A DNA stretch of 53,102 nt, taken from assembly GCF_011745625.1 (NCBI RefSeq), contig NW_027191465.1:558001-611102 (forward strand), written 5' to 3'. Below the pieces are notes generated by a model. It saw nothing but the letters and a program-made list of their open reading frames with translations. It was not told the origin of the DNA and did no database searches. Source of the DNA: Cladosporium halotolerans. Lineage: Eukaryota. Every line of letters begins with the position of its first letter. Within the stretch, counting starts at the first letter, position 1. Shown piece after piece: positions 29,801-41,123 of the stretch. The position numbers and the translations under genes are program-made.

Positions 29801-31660
29801 GGACGCCCTGTTCCTCGAGCTCGAGCAGGTGCAGACCGAGGACGACAACCCCATGGAAGGCCTCACCGACTCCAGCAAAGCCCTGGCCAACACCAAAAAG
29901 GCCGAAGGCAATCGCATACTTGGACTCGGACTGGCGGTGGTCTCTCGCATCCTGCGGAACATGAACGGCCAGCTGCGGCTGAAGTCGGAGGAGGGCAAGG
30001 GCTCGCGATTTGTGCTGGTCTTTCCGTTGGACCTGGCAGACGCTGGACCCGAGCAGCGAGCGATCGAGGACAACCCCGCCAGTATCTCCGACGGGTCGAG
30101 AACGCCTTTGGGTCGCGTCCCGTCGCACTCCCCGTCCACGCCGTCCAACAAAGATGAGGAGATGACTTTGGTTGCGCAAAGTAGCCACAAGGCCCGTCCG
30201 TCCAACGCTGAAGGCGGCGCCGCCGTCTCCCGCAAGAACAGTGCCGACAGCCTCGGCAGCAGACGTAGCATGCGCAGCGCCAAGTCCGGCCGAAGCTTCA
30301 ACAGCATAGGCTCCGCCGGCAGCGCGGACAGCCACGCCGATCGCCTGATCAAGGCCATCCAGGAGCCCCACCAAGTGGAAGGGTGGTCCGGGTCAGGGGA
30401 CAATAGCAGACGGAATTCCTTCAAGAACATACCCTCGAGGCCGAAGCTTGACCAACGCCATCCGACTTTCCCCCCTCCCGGCGCGGTCGACAGCGCCGGC
30501 TCGCCGGCGCAAAAGCGGCCCCGAAGCATCGAAACGGCGCCCGTGCCGCCGCACCTCCGCGAGGAAAAGGTCACGAGCCCGGGTTCCGTCGCGGTCGAGG
30601 GCCAAGGCATCCCCGTCAAGTCCATCCGCATGCCGGACGAGCTGGGCTCGCCGGGCCCCGTCGACCGCCCGAGCTCTGCGAAGCGCGTGCTCGGCGACGT
30701 CAAGGACGTCCCCGACAGCACCGACGAGCCGCCCTCCGCCGACCACATGCGCGTGCTGGTCGCCGAGGACGACCCCGTCAACAGCAGGATCATCAAGAAG
30801 CGCCTGGAGAAACTCGGCCACGAGGTCTACCTCACCGTCAACGGCGAGGAGTGCGCCGCCGCCTACGGCGAGAAAACGGGCTTCTTCGACATCGTCCTGA
30901 TGGACATGCAGGTACGTCGTCCCAACTCCCTACACCCCCGATGCCCCGCGGACGCCGCGATCGCTGACCCCAACCCCCGCAGATGCCCATCGTCGACGGC
31001 CTCACCTCCGCCAAAATGATCCGGTCCTTCGAAAAGTCCCACCCGACCCACACGCTCTCCGCGCGCGCCGCGCCCAACGGCCGCGTGCCCATCATCGCCG
31101 TCTCCGCCTCGCTCGTCGAGCGCGAGCAGCCCCTCTACGCCGCCGCCGGCTTCGACGGCTGGATCCTGAAGCCCATCTCCTTCGACCGCCTGCGCCACAT
31201 CATGCTCGGCGCCGTCGACGCATCCGCCCGCACCGACAGCCTCTACAAGCCCGGCAACTGGGAGCGCGGCGGCTGGTTCGACGCCGCGAGCAAGGGTCTC
31301 TTCGCCTCCTCGGATACCCGCCCCAGCGGCCGCATGCCCATGACAGATCCCAGCGAGGGCGCGCAGCGTGCGGCTGCCAGCGACGATCCGTCCGTCAAGG
31401 AGGAGGAGGGCAGCCGGCAGACGCAGGAGCAGGAGAGGCTCGCGGCGGAGCAGGCGGAGGGGAGGGCGGGCGAGGGCGAGGGCGAGCCGCGTAAAGACGA
31501 GGAGCCGCGGCGCGAGGGCGAGGACGACGCGCCGACCGCAGACGACGACAACGACGACCCGGCCACCGCCGCTCCCGCCACCGTCCCGGCTCCCGAGGTC
31601 GAGGAGGCGAGCACCGCCGGCAAGCAGGATCCGCCGCCCGGCGACGGCGCTCCGGCCTGA
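26820..31660 (+). CDS. fphA: Fungal phytochrome (PAS-GAF-PHY-His kinase-response regulator); exons 26820-30911 and 30983-31660
   Basis: Bilin-binding Cys in RCEDEPIHIPG, PASDIP, LRAMSPIH, PRKSF tongue, H-box NSAHEVRTPLN, and receiver VAEDDPVN...LMDMQ|MPIVDG joined across intron 30912-30982 (GTACGT...GCTGAC...CAG). Confidence 0.95.
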
Positions 31661-31721
31661 ACTTGAGGCGGCGGGAAAAGCAGGAGCAGCGCGAGGCCCC
31701 GTCTGCTGACGGGGTTCGGTT

Positions 31722-32209
31722 CGCACGCACGCACGCACGCACGCCGGCGGCCGACTGCGAGGACTGGTCCCCGGAGCAGTTGCCGCGTGGACACGACACG
31801 ACACGACACGACACGGCACGGCACATCTGCCCCTGGCCTCGCGTGCCGTCGGTTCGAGCGAGAAGAGCGCAGGGGCTCTGCGCGGGGCAAGGAGAGTCTG
31901 GAAGCCCACAGCGTTTTTTGCGAAAGGGGGGAATCTTGACCAAGTGCGAGAGAAAGAGGGAAAGGGGAGCAGGGAAGGGGGGCGGCACGCTTCATGCATT
32001 CTATCGGCATCGTGAAAAGGCGTTTTGGCGCGCAGCATTGTCTTTTTTTTTTTTTCTCTTTTTTCGTTTTTTTTGTGTGTTCCGCTGCGGTTCACGGCCG
32101 GCCGCACGGCGCCAGGACGGGCGGGTTGGAATTCTTTGTTTGGGGGGAGGGGTTTTGGAAAAGAGATACCTCTCTCTCTCTCTCCCTTCCCGACTGGGGA
32201 GGTTTCATC

Positions 32210-32242
<33 letters not shown>
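31722..32242. repeat. Cluster of microsatellites: (GCAC)n, (ACACG)n, poly-T, (CT)n and (TTTC)n downstream of phytochrome
   Basis: Visible at about 31722-31744, 31790-31822, 32043-32074, 32170-32184 and 32211-32242. Confidence 0.85.
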
Positions 32243-32243
<1 letters not shown>

Positions 32244-32720
32244 TCTTTTGGAGATTTGGAAAATGGGTTTCGGCGGGGGGGAGCGGGGTTACGAGGATGG
32301 ATCATTCACCGACGTGTCACGATGGAGATGCGATATGGGAGAGGGCGTGGGGACGGAGGATTACCTACGCACGAGCATGAAAGGGATTTCGAAGTTCGTG
32401 GGTTTTTCGTGTCGGTTTCCATTGCCTCGTGTGATGTGCGGATCTGCTCGGGTCGACGGGAGGCAAGCTTTTGTACCTTATTGACAGCTCCGCGCTTGCA
32501 TTGGGTGCGGGTAGTAGGCAGTGAGTGAGGTGACTTGCGGGCGTGACTTGCGCGGGGCTCGAGCGTGGACGTTCAGAGGAGAAGCAAAGCGATCGTTTTT
32601 CGAAGCGTGCAGGCCTGTGGTCTTTCTGTTTAATCGAGAGGAGTACTCTCGATCAATCGCGGTTTTGCGTCGTTGGGGTGTACAAGGCGTGTTTCCTGAG
32701 CGCGGGTTGATTGGAAGGTC

Positions 32721-32737
32721 ACCCTAACCCTAACCCT
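32721..32737 (+). repeat. Short interstitial telomere-like tract, about 3 copies of CCCTAA
   Basis: ACCCTAACCCTAACCCT. Confidence 0.6.
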
Positions 32738-33069
32738 GACAACACCAAGCGATCACGACACCGACATGACTGACCTTGGGATTGCGGAAAAAAGGGTTCC
32801 TGTGGCCAGCTTGTAGTACCCTGGCAGGCTGGGATCGTGTTACATGAAGATGAAATATATCGAATGTTCTAGCAGGGTCTGTGTTGCACGATCGTGGTTC
32901 ACATTGCAACGTCCTTGAGCAATGTACCCGTACGTTGACTTGAGGGCAACGACGGGTGACTTCACGATCATGGCATGTGCTCCAATAGGATTTTGGATCA
33001 CCGATTAAAGAAGGAAGTAAAGTGTTATATAATCCGGACTGGCATCCGGAACATCTATCAAGGACTCCT

Positions 33070-34227
33070 CTAGCCGCGCCTCGCATTTGGGTTGCCAAAC
33101 AAGAGGTGCTCGGCCGTGTTGACGGCATCACGTATGAGATTCCGCAGTCCTAGACTCTTCCGGGGCCCATACTCGCTCGCTTGATTTGAGCTCCCAGAAT
33201 GGAAAACTTCCTGTTTTCTGCGATGGAGACGGTGATTCAGACGCTCTTCGTTGCCCACATCTTGCTCCCTTCCAAGATCTCTGTGCCTCCGGCGCCTGTG
33301 CCTTCGAGGTGGATCCTCGCTCCCGCTCCCCAATCCACTCTCACGTTGTCTGAATTTCACCCTCCTTGCCTCCTGCTCTTGTAGCTCCCTCCTCGCCTCC
33401 TCCACCATGCTCATCTGCACCTCGAAGGCCCTCCCAAGAGCCGCCTCACCTCCGTACTCTCGCCTCTGGATCTCGCCCGCCCGCTCCTCGTCCCCAACAT
33501 CGTCGTTGTCGTTCCACGAGTCATTGTCATCATAAATAGCCCTCTCATCACCCTTCTTCCCGAACCTCGGACAACCGCCCTCCCTCCTCCAATGCCCCTC
33601 GCCATCCCTCACGAAACCCCCACAAACAAAGCAAAAGTGCGCCCGGCAAAGACATCGAATATGATTGCACCCGTCGCTCAGCTCCACCGTCCTCCCGCAC
33701 TTCCCATTCGGACAAAACTGCCAGTCAACGCCCCTCACCAACCCACCAAAAGCCCTCTCCTCCAACTCCGCATTCATGCGCGGATCACACTCGTGCCAAA
33801 TCTCCACCTCCTCCCCCGCCACATCCCCCGTCGAAAAGCTCTCCTCGCAGCGCAAGCAAGTATACCACATGCACTCCGCGCAGCGCACGCAGACCTTGTC
33901 CTCGCGCCCGCGGCCCACGTACGCGCCGCAGGGCGCCGGGCGGCGCGGCGGATCCGTGCGCGCGCAGTAGACGCGTTCCTGGAGGGGGGTCGTGTATTCG
34001 AGGGCTTTGGCGCGGTAGGCGCGCAGGAGGTCGGGGCCGAGGATGTGGGCGTAGCGGGAGGGCGAGAGTGGTTGGTCGGCCCAGCTGGCGGGGAAGGAGG
34101 ACTCGGAGGTCAGGGCGAGGGTGAAGAGGTGGCGGAAGCAGGGGTGGCAGATTGGGTTGCGTTCGATTAGGAGGTGGGGACCTGGGATGGGGTCGGTGCA
34201 GGTTGTGCAGGTTGGGTTGGTGGACAT
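33070..34227 (-). CDS. RBR/IBR-domain E3 ubiquitin ligase-like protein
   Basis: IBR (RVYC...PCGAYV...CAECMWYTCLRC...HEC) and RING2 (CPNGKCGRTVELSDGCNHIRCLCRAHFCFVC). The start could also be 34359. Confidence 0.85.
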   Translation of the reverse strand: MSTNPTCTTCTDPIPGPHLLIERNPICHPCFRHLFTLALTSESSFPASWADQPLSPSRYAHILGPDLLRAYRAKALEYTTPLQERVYCARTDPPRRPAPCGAYVGRGREDKVCVRCAECMWYTCLRCEESFSTGDVAGEEVEIWHECDPRMNAELEERAFGGLVRGVDWQFCPNGKCGRTVELSDGCNHIRCLCRAHFCFVCGGFVRDGEGHWRREGGCPRFGKKGDERAIYDDNDSWNDNDDVGDEERAGEIQRREYGGEAALGRAFEVQMSMVEEARRELQEQEARRVKFRQRESGLGSGSEDPPRRHRRRRHRDLGREQDVGNEERLNHRLHRRKQEVFHSGSSNQASEYGPRKSLGLRNLIRDAVNTAEHLLFGNPNARRG

Positions 34228-34724
34228 GGATTTTTTTGGATGGGGAGCGATGCCGTTGGAAGTTTGGGGCGAGTGAGTCGATTTTCTTGGGAATGATTGG
34301 AGTTGTTTTGGCTGCGATGCTGTGTCGGTTCGAGAGTGTAGAGCTAGGGGATATGCCATTCACTGGAAACGATCAGCTGTCTCGGGACTCGTAGATGAAC
34401 AGAAACCGGTTCTGCGTGTGACGTGCGCAGATGCTCGTGCCATGGGCGTTGTACCCACCCACATGAAGTGCGTTGTCCTCGGGTCTCAGACGCTGGATTT
34501 CCTGACTGTAGTGTGCTGGAATCGATTCACAGATGCGGGTCATGTCGCTGGGAGTGGCGTAGCATAATAAGTATATATTCTTTACACATGTCGTAGCCGG
34601 TTCCTGTTGCGCCTCGCTGTACACACATGCCGCCATATTCAATGCCACTTGTATCATGCACATATCCAACCCATCTTACAATCGGCGAACGGTGGCGTCT
34701 TGCCAACTCGTATTCCGAAGACTC

Positions 34725-35330
34725 CTAGTTTCCGCCAAAGTCGCTCGCCTGCAGGTTCCTTGTCATGCTCGGAAGCTTGACGACCAGCCCGTCCAGTTCC
34801 TTGCTCATGACAACCTGGCAGCCTAGCCTTGAAGTCTCCGTAAGACCAAAAGCCAGATCCAGCATGTCGTTCTCGTCGTCGCTAGGCTCCTCCATCTTGT
34901 CAAACATCTCCTCAGAGGTCACAATAACGTGACAGGTCGAGCAGGCGCATGAGCCGCCGCACGCGCCCTCCATTTCGAGGTCGTTAGCCTGAGCAATGTC
35001 AAGCAGGTTGTCGCCGTCGGCAACTTCGAAAGTCACTTCTGAGCCATCCTTCTCGACGAATGTCACTTTGCGCTCCTCGCCGGGCTTAGGTGGTGTGAGG
35101 TGGCCGTGGTATTTTGCTGAGGATGTGGAGAATGCGCGGGCGGGCGAAGACGAAGGCGAGGGGAAGGCTGAAGGGCGGACCGAGTTCGTGATTGAGCTGG
35201 ACAAGGGACGGTTGTGTTGCGCACGAAGGCTCGATTTCATGTATTGGCCTGTCCGTGATGAGAGGCTTGGGCGGAGAGTGCGGGAGCAGGTGGAAAGGGC
35301 GTTCATTGCGAATCGAGGGGTCTGAGCCAT
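34725..35330 (-). CDS. YAH1: Mitochondrial [2Fe-2S] ferredoxin (adrenodoxin-like)
   Basis: Mitochondrial presequence, EGACGGSCACSTCHV, ENDMLDLAFGLTETSRLGCQ. Confidence 0.95.
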   Translation of the reverse strand: MAQTPRFAMNALSTCSRTLRPSLSSRTGQYMKSSLRAQHNRPLSSSITNSVRPSAFPSPSSSPARAFSTSSAKYHGHLTPPKPGEERKVTFVEKDGSEVTFEVADGDNLLDIAQANDLEMEGACGGSCACSTCHVIVTSEEMFDKMEEPSDDENDMLDLAFGLTETSRLGCQVVMSKELDGLVVKLPSMTRNLQASDFGGN

Positions 35331-35648
35331 TGTGCCGGGATGGTTATCTCAACCTGTGTGGAGTGGGCCTGAGGTATGTCCTGCGTGAGGTGCGACTATG
35401 CGACCGGAATGAATGTATCTGCTGAGTCGTCGGGCCGGGCGTTGCTGACCAGAGAAATGTCCAAGTCGGATGGCGGAGCTTCGGGGGTCTCTTCTCCACA
35501 AAGCTGCAACACGCGAAGCACCAAACCAAGCAAGCAAGCTTCCAAGCCTGCCTACGTCAACATCGACCTACGCGGTCGAATCCAGCTAACAGACCACCTA
35601 CCACCCTCACACCCGGTGCATCTGCGTGTCATTTACGAACACGCCGCT

Positions 35649-37190
35649 ATGGACCGCCACGATCGCTTCCCTATGACGGCCTCACGAGAGCCTAATCCGC
35701 TGCGACCATACTACATCCCACCGTCGATAGGCCCGGCACAAGGGGCCTTACCCAACAACGCGACTGCGCAGACCGCCAACGTATCGAGAGCTTCACGGCC
35801 ATCTCCCTCATATCAGAGCAATGCAAGCGACCTTCTCCCAGACTTGGATCTCGACTTCCGTTCCTCCGCCGGCGAAGCATGGACGAACACCCGGACACTC
35901 CTCGACACGCTCGCTTGGCGATACGCGAGCTGTCTGATGGCCCAGCCCTTCGATGTCGCCAAAACAATCCTTCAAGTCTCCCTGCCACCAAACGTAGCTG
36001 CTGTAGCGACACCAAGGAAGAGGAGGACATCTCCGCGTCAGTCGTCTCGGGAGGGAGGCTCGCGGAGGAGCGACAGAGCCTACGAGTCGTTCAGCGAGAC
36101 AGACGACGATGCTGAGGGAGGCTCTCAGGCGAGTGATGATGATATACCAGATTACTTTTCGTCTACCGCGCCCCGAAGCCGATCTCCCAGAAAGAGACGT
36201 CGGACGCCACCCTCGCTCTCACCATCTCCGGATCCCACGCCCACGCAGTCTCGCAACTCTCGCAGTAGACGCGATAACCCAGATGCGGAATATAAATTAA
36301 TGCTCAAGCGTGGTGAGTCGGTTATGCATGCCATATCCGTACTTTACGATACCTCCGGCGCCGTCGGTTTGTGGCGAGCGACAAACTGCACATTTCTCTA
36401 CTCCATTCTCTTGAGGACGACAGACTCGTTCTTGAGGTCGATGCTGTTGGCGGTATTTGGTCTTCCAGATTTGGGTGGGCCCGAGAACGGGGGCCTGACC
36501 CCTGGCATCACCAGCTCCTCCGGCGCTGGTACGACGGGATTGGACCTGTCAGACTCTCCTTCGCCGATTGCGAGCCTGGTCGTTATCGGACTTGCCAGCT
36601 GCCTCAGTGGCCTCCTGCTGTCACCTCTGGACTTGGTTCGCACCCGCCTCATTGTGACTCCATCGTCGCATGCACCGCGTGGCGTTCTCAGCAACCTGAA
36701 GCGACTGCCTTCATTGCTCATGCCCAGCAAGCTCGGCCTTCCGACTGCTCTCTACCACTCCCTTCCTCAGATGTTCTCCACCTCGATGCCTCAAATCCTT
36801 CGCCGTCAATTCCACATCGCGCCCGAATCTTCGCCTACTCTCTGGTCTTTCGCCTCCTTCGGCACGTCGCTCTGTGAGCTCTTCATCCGCCTACCCTTGG
36901 AAACCCTTGTACGCCGTTGCCAAGTCAACTACATCAGGGAGTATGCCCGCGATGCGCCACTCATCATCGAGCCTGCGCCATACCTTGGTATCGGCGGTAC
37001 CGTCTACAGCATTATGTACTCTGAGGGTGAAACCAAGACAAAGGATGCAAAGGGCATGATTAGAATCCGCAAGGGTCAAGGATCTGCTGGTCTCGTCAGA
37101 GGATGGAGAGTAGGATTCTGGGGCTTGGTTGGCGTGTGGGGTGCTGGGTCGCTGGGCCCTGCGACTGAGAGCCGAAGGGGCGAGTTCTAG
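35649..37190 (+). CDS. UGO1: Mitochondrial fusion protein Ugo1 (carrier-like)
   Basis: PNPLRPYYIPP, carrier-like motifs QPFDVAKTILQV, SPLDLVRTRLI and LPLETLVRRCQ, and GLVRGWRVGFWG. Confidence 0.85.
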   Translation: MDRHDRFPMTASREPNPLRPYYIPPSIGPAQGALPNNATAQTANVSRASRPSPSYQSNASDLLPDLDLDFRSSAGEAWTNTRTLLDTLAWRYASCLMAQPFDVAKTILQVSLPPNVAAVATPRKRRTSPRQSSREGGSRRSDRAYESFSETDDDAEGGSQASDDDIPDYFSSTAPRSRSPRKRRRTPPSLSPSPDPTPTQSRNSRSRRDNPDAEYKLMLKRGESVMHAISVLYDTSGAVGLWRATNCTFLYSILLRTTDSFLRSMLLAVFGLPDLGGPENGGLTPGITSSSGAGTTGLDLSDSPSPIASLVVIGLASCLSGLLLSPLDLVRTRLIVTPSSHAPRGVLSNLKRLPSLLMPSKLGLPTALYHSLPQMFSTSMPQILRRQFHIAPESSPTLWSFASFGTSLCELFIRLPLETLVRRCQVNYIREYARDAPLIIEPAPYLGIGGTVYSIMYSEGETKTKDAKGMIRIRKGQGSAGLVRGWRVGFWGLVGVWGAGSLGPATESRRGEF

Positions 37191-37323
37191 GTCATTGCTA
37201 TGTATGATTGGCTGAGTCGAAGGATCTGTATATACCCAACTCTGTAATTGCTGTAATTCAGCCGGCTGGCCAGGCGATCTTTAAACCAGTCCTGCAAACG
37301 TCCGACTCGCCTAAATGCAGACC

Positions 37324-39222
37324 CTACTTTTTGATACCGACCAACACCATGTTCCTGGGGCTAATTGCGTAGTCAAAGACGGGCTCGACCCACGCTTCTC
37401 CCACTTCTTCCTGCTCTTTGAGCCACAGCCAACGATCAACCACAATCAAACTCTCCACCACGCCCGCCGAGAAAGCCATGAGACTCCACACAATGCTGAG
37501 GTCGTGCTTCCGCGGCGCGAAGTCCCGCTCGTACTGCTCCAGCTCCTCATCGCTCACCCCGGCCATCTTCTCCTTGAACAGCTCCCCTCGCTCCGGGCAC
37601 TGATACAGCTTCGTCAACGCCCCACGCACATACTTCGGAAACGACTCGTAGCACGCCTTCCTCAGCGAGCCGATAATAATCGGCGTCCCGCTCGTGTGCC
37701 CCAGCGGGCTCGACGACCCCGTCGACGCCGTCTGCGGCGGCGGCACGATCTCCTTGTCCAGAAACACCCGCTGCAGCAGCGCGCGGTAGAAGTGCCGCAG
37801 GAAGAAGCCCGAGCTGTCCTTCGCCGTCCAGTTCTGCGGCGCCTGCACGGCCATCATGCGCGCCGTGATGTTCAGCTTGACGCCCGGCGTGCCCTCAGCC
37901 GCGGATTTGGCGCTGTGGTCGTTGCACAGGCGCGCGCTCATGGGGAAACCGTGCGGATCGCCGCGCATGGCTTCTTTCTCGACGCGCGGGTGGGCTGCCG
38001 GGCGGAGGGCGGGCAGCTTGTAGGTCGCGGGCGTGAGGCGCTCGGTGAGCAGGTTGTAGCAGCAGCCTACGAGGCAGATGGCGCGCACGGCGGGGTTGAG
38101 GGTCAGGCTGCGGATGCCGTGGTGCAGGAGGTTCCCGCAGGAGTGGAGGGAGATGACCATGGCGTTTTTCTGGGAGGTCGTGGGCATGGAGAGGTTGGTT
38201 TCTGAGAAGCCTGGGTGGTCTTCAGTTTGGGGTTGGGGGTTTGTGGCGGCGATTTGCCGCTTTGCTTCGGCTGGGTCGACGATTTGGTCCATGACGTTTG
38301 TCAGGTTGCCGTCTTCGATCCAGTGCTCGACGTATTGGATTGTCCCTTTGCCTTCTGCGGATAGCTGGACCTTCGCTTGGGGTTCTTGAGTCGTTGCGCA
38401 TTCTCCATCCTCGCATGCTTGGTTCGTGAGCTCTGTGCTTTCAGAGGGTGGCGTTGATGGTACACTGTCTGTTGCGGGAGTCTCAAGTCCAGCTCTCCAG
38501 GCTTTCTTGTTTCGCATGACACTTGCTTCCTTCTGACGCAAATTGGCCATGATGTCGTACTTGATTGCCCGATCCTGATTGTGACCACGGCTCTCAATCG
38601 CAACAATGCTCCTGTCGTAAGGTGGTGAAGCTAGCGCACGGCCGAGGTAGTTTTGGCCGGAGCCGAAGTCCACAAGATGAGAGATGGGGTGTCCAGTGGC
38701 ATCGGAAATCGACGAGGTAAGTTTGTCAACGTAGGATGCAAAGATGCCCACCTCGTGCACTTTCTTCACGTTCATACCCACAGCCACGCTGCGGGTCAAT
38801 TTTTGGGTTGGCTTCATTGCCCGGTTACGGGCGCATTGTGACGTGAAAGGGACGCGGGTCAGAAAATGTTTTCGCACAGAGCGAATGTAGTCCAGCAACG
38901 AGGTGGGCGGCGTTGTCCCCTTCTGCCATCGCTCATCATTGTCTAATGAGTCTAGATCCTCCCGCATGAGTAGATCCAGGATATCCATAATCTCGTATTC
39001 GCCAAAGAAGTCCCGCCATTCTTGTGGTAAGATCCTGGAGTACAAGTCTGGGGTGCTGGTGAAAAAGTCTAGAATGTGAACGCCGCCACAGAGCGTCTGT
39101 AAAAGCTCGTTTGAGCCAGCAAAGTTGAGCAAAGCGTCAACATATTCGTCAGAGTTCGAAAATTCGTCCGAGTAAGGCAATGGTTTGTCGGGTCCGATAT
39201 GCGTGTTAGGTGGTTCCTCCAT
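37324..39222 (-). CDS. SAM-dependent methyltransferase, METTL25/RRNAD1-like (Methyltransf_32)
   Basis: MNVKKVHEV, LVDFGSGQNYLGRAL, ISLHSCGNL, VGCCYNLL, ESLIVVDRWLWL...PVFDYAISPRN. Confidence 0.85.
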   Translation of the reverse strand: MEEPPNTHIGPDKPLPYSDEFSNSDEYVDALLNFAGSNELLQTLCGGVHILDFFTSTPDLYSRILPQEWRDFFGEYEIMDILDLLMREDLDSLDNDERWQKGTTPPTSLLDYIRSVRKHFLTRVPFTSQCARNRAMKPTQKLTRSVAVGMNVKKVHEVGIFASYVDKLTSSISDATGHPISHLVDFGSGQNYLGRALASPPYDRSIVAIESRGHNQDRAIKYDIMANLRQKEASVMRNKKAWRAGLETPATDSVPSTPPSESTELTNQACEDGECATTQEPQAKVQLSAEGKGTIQYVEHWIEDGNLTNVMDQIVDPAEAKRQIAATNPQPQTEDHPGFSETNLSMPTTSQKNAMVISLHSCGNLLHHGIRSLTLNPAVRAICLVGCCYNLLTERLTPATYKLPALRPAAHPRVEKEAMRGDPHGFPMSARLCNDHSAKSAAEGTPGVKLNITARMMAVQAPQNWTAKDSSGFFLRHFYRALLQRVFLDKEIVPPPQTASTGSSSPLGHTSGTPIIIGSLRKACYESFPKYVRGALTKLYQCPERGELFKEKMAGVSDEELEQYERDFAPRKHDLSIVWSLMAFSAGVVESLIVVDRWLWLKEQEEVGEAWVEPVFDYAISPRNMVLVGIKK

Positions 39223-39743
39223 TTTTGTGTTGCCGGCAGATTGTGTTATAGCAGGCCGTCGACACTTCACTTCACACGCGCTCGAATTATCACGATTCGC
39301 AACCCAATCAGGCATGGACTGAAATCCTTGCCCGTGCAGTGGGACGAGAGACAGGGTTGCGGCGCGCAGCGGGCATCTGCCGGTGATTGGCTCGTGTAGA
39401 GCCGGCGCTAGCTGCGGGCTTCTATTCTGAACTATTATAATTGATTCGAACCTGATCTGCCCTGCCCTGGATTATGATGATCTGGCCTGACTACAGTACC
39501 CCTGAGATATGATTTTGCGGCCGGTAAAATTGCAATCGCCTTGCTCTCGTGTGGTCAATAAATATTGTACTTTTCATACCACTCAACACACGCCGACACG
39601 GTTGGTCAAAACGTCAGGAATTGCGGGCAAAATGCTGTCATCAGCGTTCATGGCTCAAATTCACTAGCTGTGTCAGTCTTGCTGATCCCGGCTGCCCGGG
39701 CACAAAGAATATTTGTGTTGTTGAATGTCACTCCTCACACAAA

Positions 39744-40325
39744 ATGAATCATTTTCTGCCTGCGGAAGCGTGTCGCATTCTTGAACAAGGTGGCGATTAC
39801 AATTTCGACGACTGCAAGATTCTGGCGTACAGATTGGAGGGCGTAGACGAGGACGAGCTTCGACAGACATGCGAGGCAGCTACCGACAGCTATGCTCGCG
39901 AGATTCTGAACTGGCCGAACGGACGACTCGCGAAGCAGGAGATATTTGAGCCCGATACCAAGGCTGCTTTCAAAGACATCGACGCCTGTGTCGACCATTT
40001 CGTTGGCCGTCTGCAAGCGCTGCTCGAATCTCAGCCATCACGCGAATCTCAGCCATCACGCATGTTGCCGATCTACTACCAAGCGTTTGTTGCTGCTTCG
40101 AAGCATGATACACCGGGCCAAATTACACTTGTCGTGTTTCACGAACCGCAGGAGGGACAATGGCGAGCTGATTCAGTTGCATGCCCGGTGAGAGTGGAGC
40201 TGGGATTGACTGTCACTAGTTTGACCATGGCGGATGAGACGGTAGAAGACGTTCTAGTAAAGCATGGAACGCAGAAGCATCCTTGGTTCAGTCAATCGAC
40301 CCGTGAGATTCGAAAAGGAGAATGA
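39744..40325 (+). CDS. Hypothetical protein, about 193 aa
   Basis: ATG ORF with globular-protein composition and an internal 18-nt duplication (ESQPSR twice). Confidence 0.55.
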   Translation: MNHFLPAEACRILEQGGDYNFDDCKILAYRLEGVDEDELRQTCEAATDSYAREILNWPNGRLAKQEIFEPDTKAAFKDIDACVDHFVGRLQALLESQPSRESQPSRMLPIYYQAFVAASKHDTPGQITLVVFHEPQEGQWRADSVACPVRVELGLTVTSLTMADETVEDVLVKHGTQKHPWFSQSTREIRKGE

Positions 40326-41123
40326 GCGAAGGAAAGGTAGGGTGGAAAGAGATGAGTTCGGACAACGGATTAAAATAAACGTGCAAGCGTCAGGCCAGGG
40401 ACTGGTCGCGGCTTGACTTTCAGAGGATGTGAGTTGAACCACATGAACGATAGCAGCGAAGGAGCAAATGAGATCTTACAGCTAGCGAAAATACTTCTAG
40501 AGAGAAGGGCTTGTACTCTTGCAGAGATGAATGACAGCGTGTCCAGATCTTGGTAGATTTTCTGGAAACCCTAGACGAACCGAGGCGTAGCATGGAAAGA
40601 GATTTTGCGGTGTTGGGGAGACAGTGAAGAGCTCCGATGCATGCAACCCGATACACCACACAGAAAGCGGACGCGTATCCAGAAAATGTTAATGTGTTGG
40701 CAGAGCGATGATTCCGATAGTGAGTTTCTGTCCACCTCTTTGTGGAGTTTGGGTTAGAGATTGAGTTGCGGCGCGCAGCGGGGCGAGACCGGCGGAAAGC
40801 CAAAGCATCATAAGCCGGCCAGGGTCACGAAAGGCGCCCAGCACCAAGAGTCGTGTACGCGCAACTCTCCTTAAGGGTACGCGGGACCTGTAAGCTGCCC
40901 CAAAAACATCCCCCCTGTTGCCATCGCTCTTTCACGGCTGCGGCGTTCCCAATTTCTCCCCCGGTCTTTGCCTTTGCTTATCGAGTCTCGTCCCCGACCC
41001 CCCCGCTCGATGCCGGCATAGGACTGCTACTCGCGCGCCGTTAGCCATCGCAGGCGCCCTTGCTGAGGTTGTGGCACAACCATTCCACAATTGCCTTCAC
41101 ATTCGACCTAAGCCGATCGCGAA

